From NCBI GenBank assembly GCA_007376125.1, contig VMFQ01000016.1, positions 1-48,272 of the forward strand: a DNA stretch of 48,272 bases, written 5' to 3'. Positions within the stretch are counted from its first letter, which is position 1, and every line of letters begins with the position of its first letter. The translations under genes and the position numbers were made by a program. This document shows, piece by piece, positions 48,023 through 48,272 of the stretch. The notes under the pieces are model-generated. The model searched no databases and had not been told where the DNA came from. It saw only the letters and a program-made list of their open reading frames with translations. The stretch comes from Parcubacteria group bacterium Gr01-1014_33 (GTDB lineage: Bacteria > Patescibacteriota > Minisyncoccia > Sungbacterales > HO2-52-23).

Positions 48023-48105
48023 AGAGTAATCGCAAATATACGAATGTAAGAGTAATATACGAATATACAAATCCTTTCTCATTCGTATATTTGCGTTTGA
48101 TTCGT
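48023..48105 (-). repeat. 85-nt structured leader element, copy B (directly upstream of polX, inverted relative to copy A)
   Basis: The reverse complement reads acgaatcaaacgcaaatatacgaatg...cattcgtatatttgcgattactct-ATG. The outer ~26 nt on each side are nearly identical to copy A. Confidence 0.75.
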
Positions 48106-48272
48106 AATTCCGAGATTACTCCTTGAGATGGTTTCAAAACTATTTCGTTGGGAAATTTTAGATTCTTGAGCTGCGCCGAGAAAGACGAGCAAAAAGAGTT
48201 GAGGCGTAGTAGAACTACGGCGATACTCTTTTTGCGAAGTCTGACGAAGGCGTAGCCGAGAATCTGAAATTG

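Overview
The window is a compact, mostly minus-strand stretch that looks like a small-genome bacterium. CPR/Patescibacteria-like is my guess from gene content and style; it was not verified. Housekeeping genes dominate. Translation and RNA: leuS, metG, glyQS, ileS, argS, an alaX-type editing protein, tsaC, smpB plus tmRNA, and infC-rpmI-rplT. A folate/C1 cluster holds folD, glyA, a RibD_C/DHFR-like reductase and a CofE-like gamma-glutamyl ligase. Also present are glmS, dcd, tatD, recO, polX, an M16 peptidase, an AI-2E permease and a ZIP transporter. Three toxin-antitoxin loci are present: MazF/RHH, HepT/MntA, and a degraded DUF433/DUF5615 pair. No rRNA, tRNA, CRISPR array, transposase, integrase or reverse transcriptase was found. 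Main observations: (1) LeuRS carries a complete Nudix domain nested in its CP1 editing domain, and IleRS carries a complete histidine-phosphatase domain nested in its catalytic core. (2) A candidate leaderless Met-rich leader peptide (MDNKNSMMMMMMRMMNLFHVG) sits upstream of a DUF62-like gene and metG. (3) Diverged remnants of glyA-3', glmS-3', tatD-5', argS-5' and a split Nudix gene sit next to small accessory cassettes. (4) ileS, infC, glmS and the DUF433/DUF5615 pair each have an internal out-of-frame deletion. (5) Small palindromic elements and 7-nt tandem repeats are inserted in frame into essential genes, and there is a MITE-like element with a 10-bp target duplication. All domain calls rest on motifs read by eye from the translations; no searches were run.
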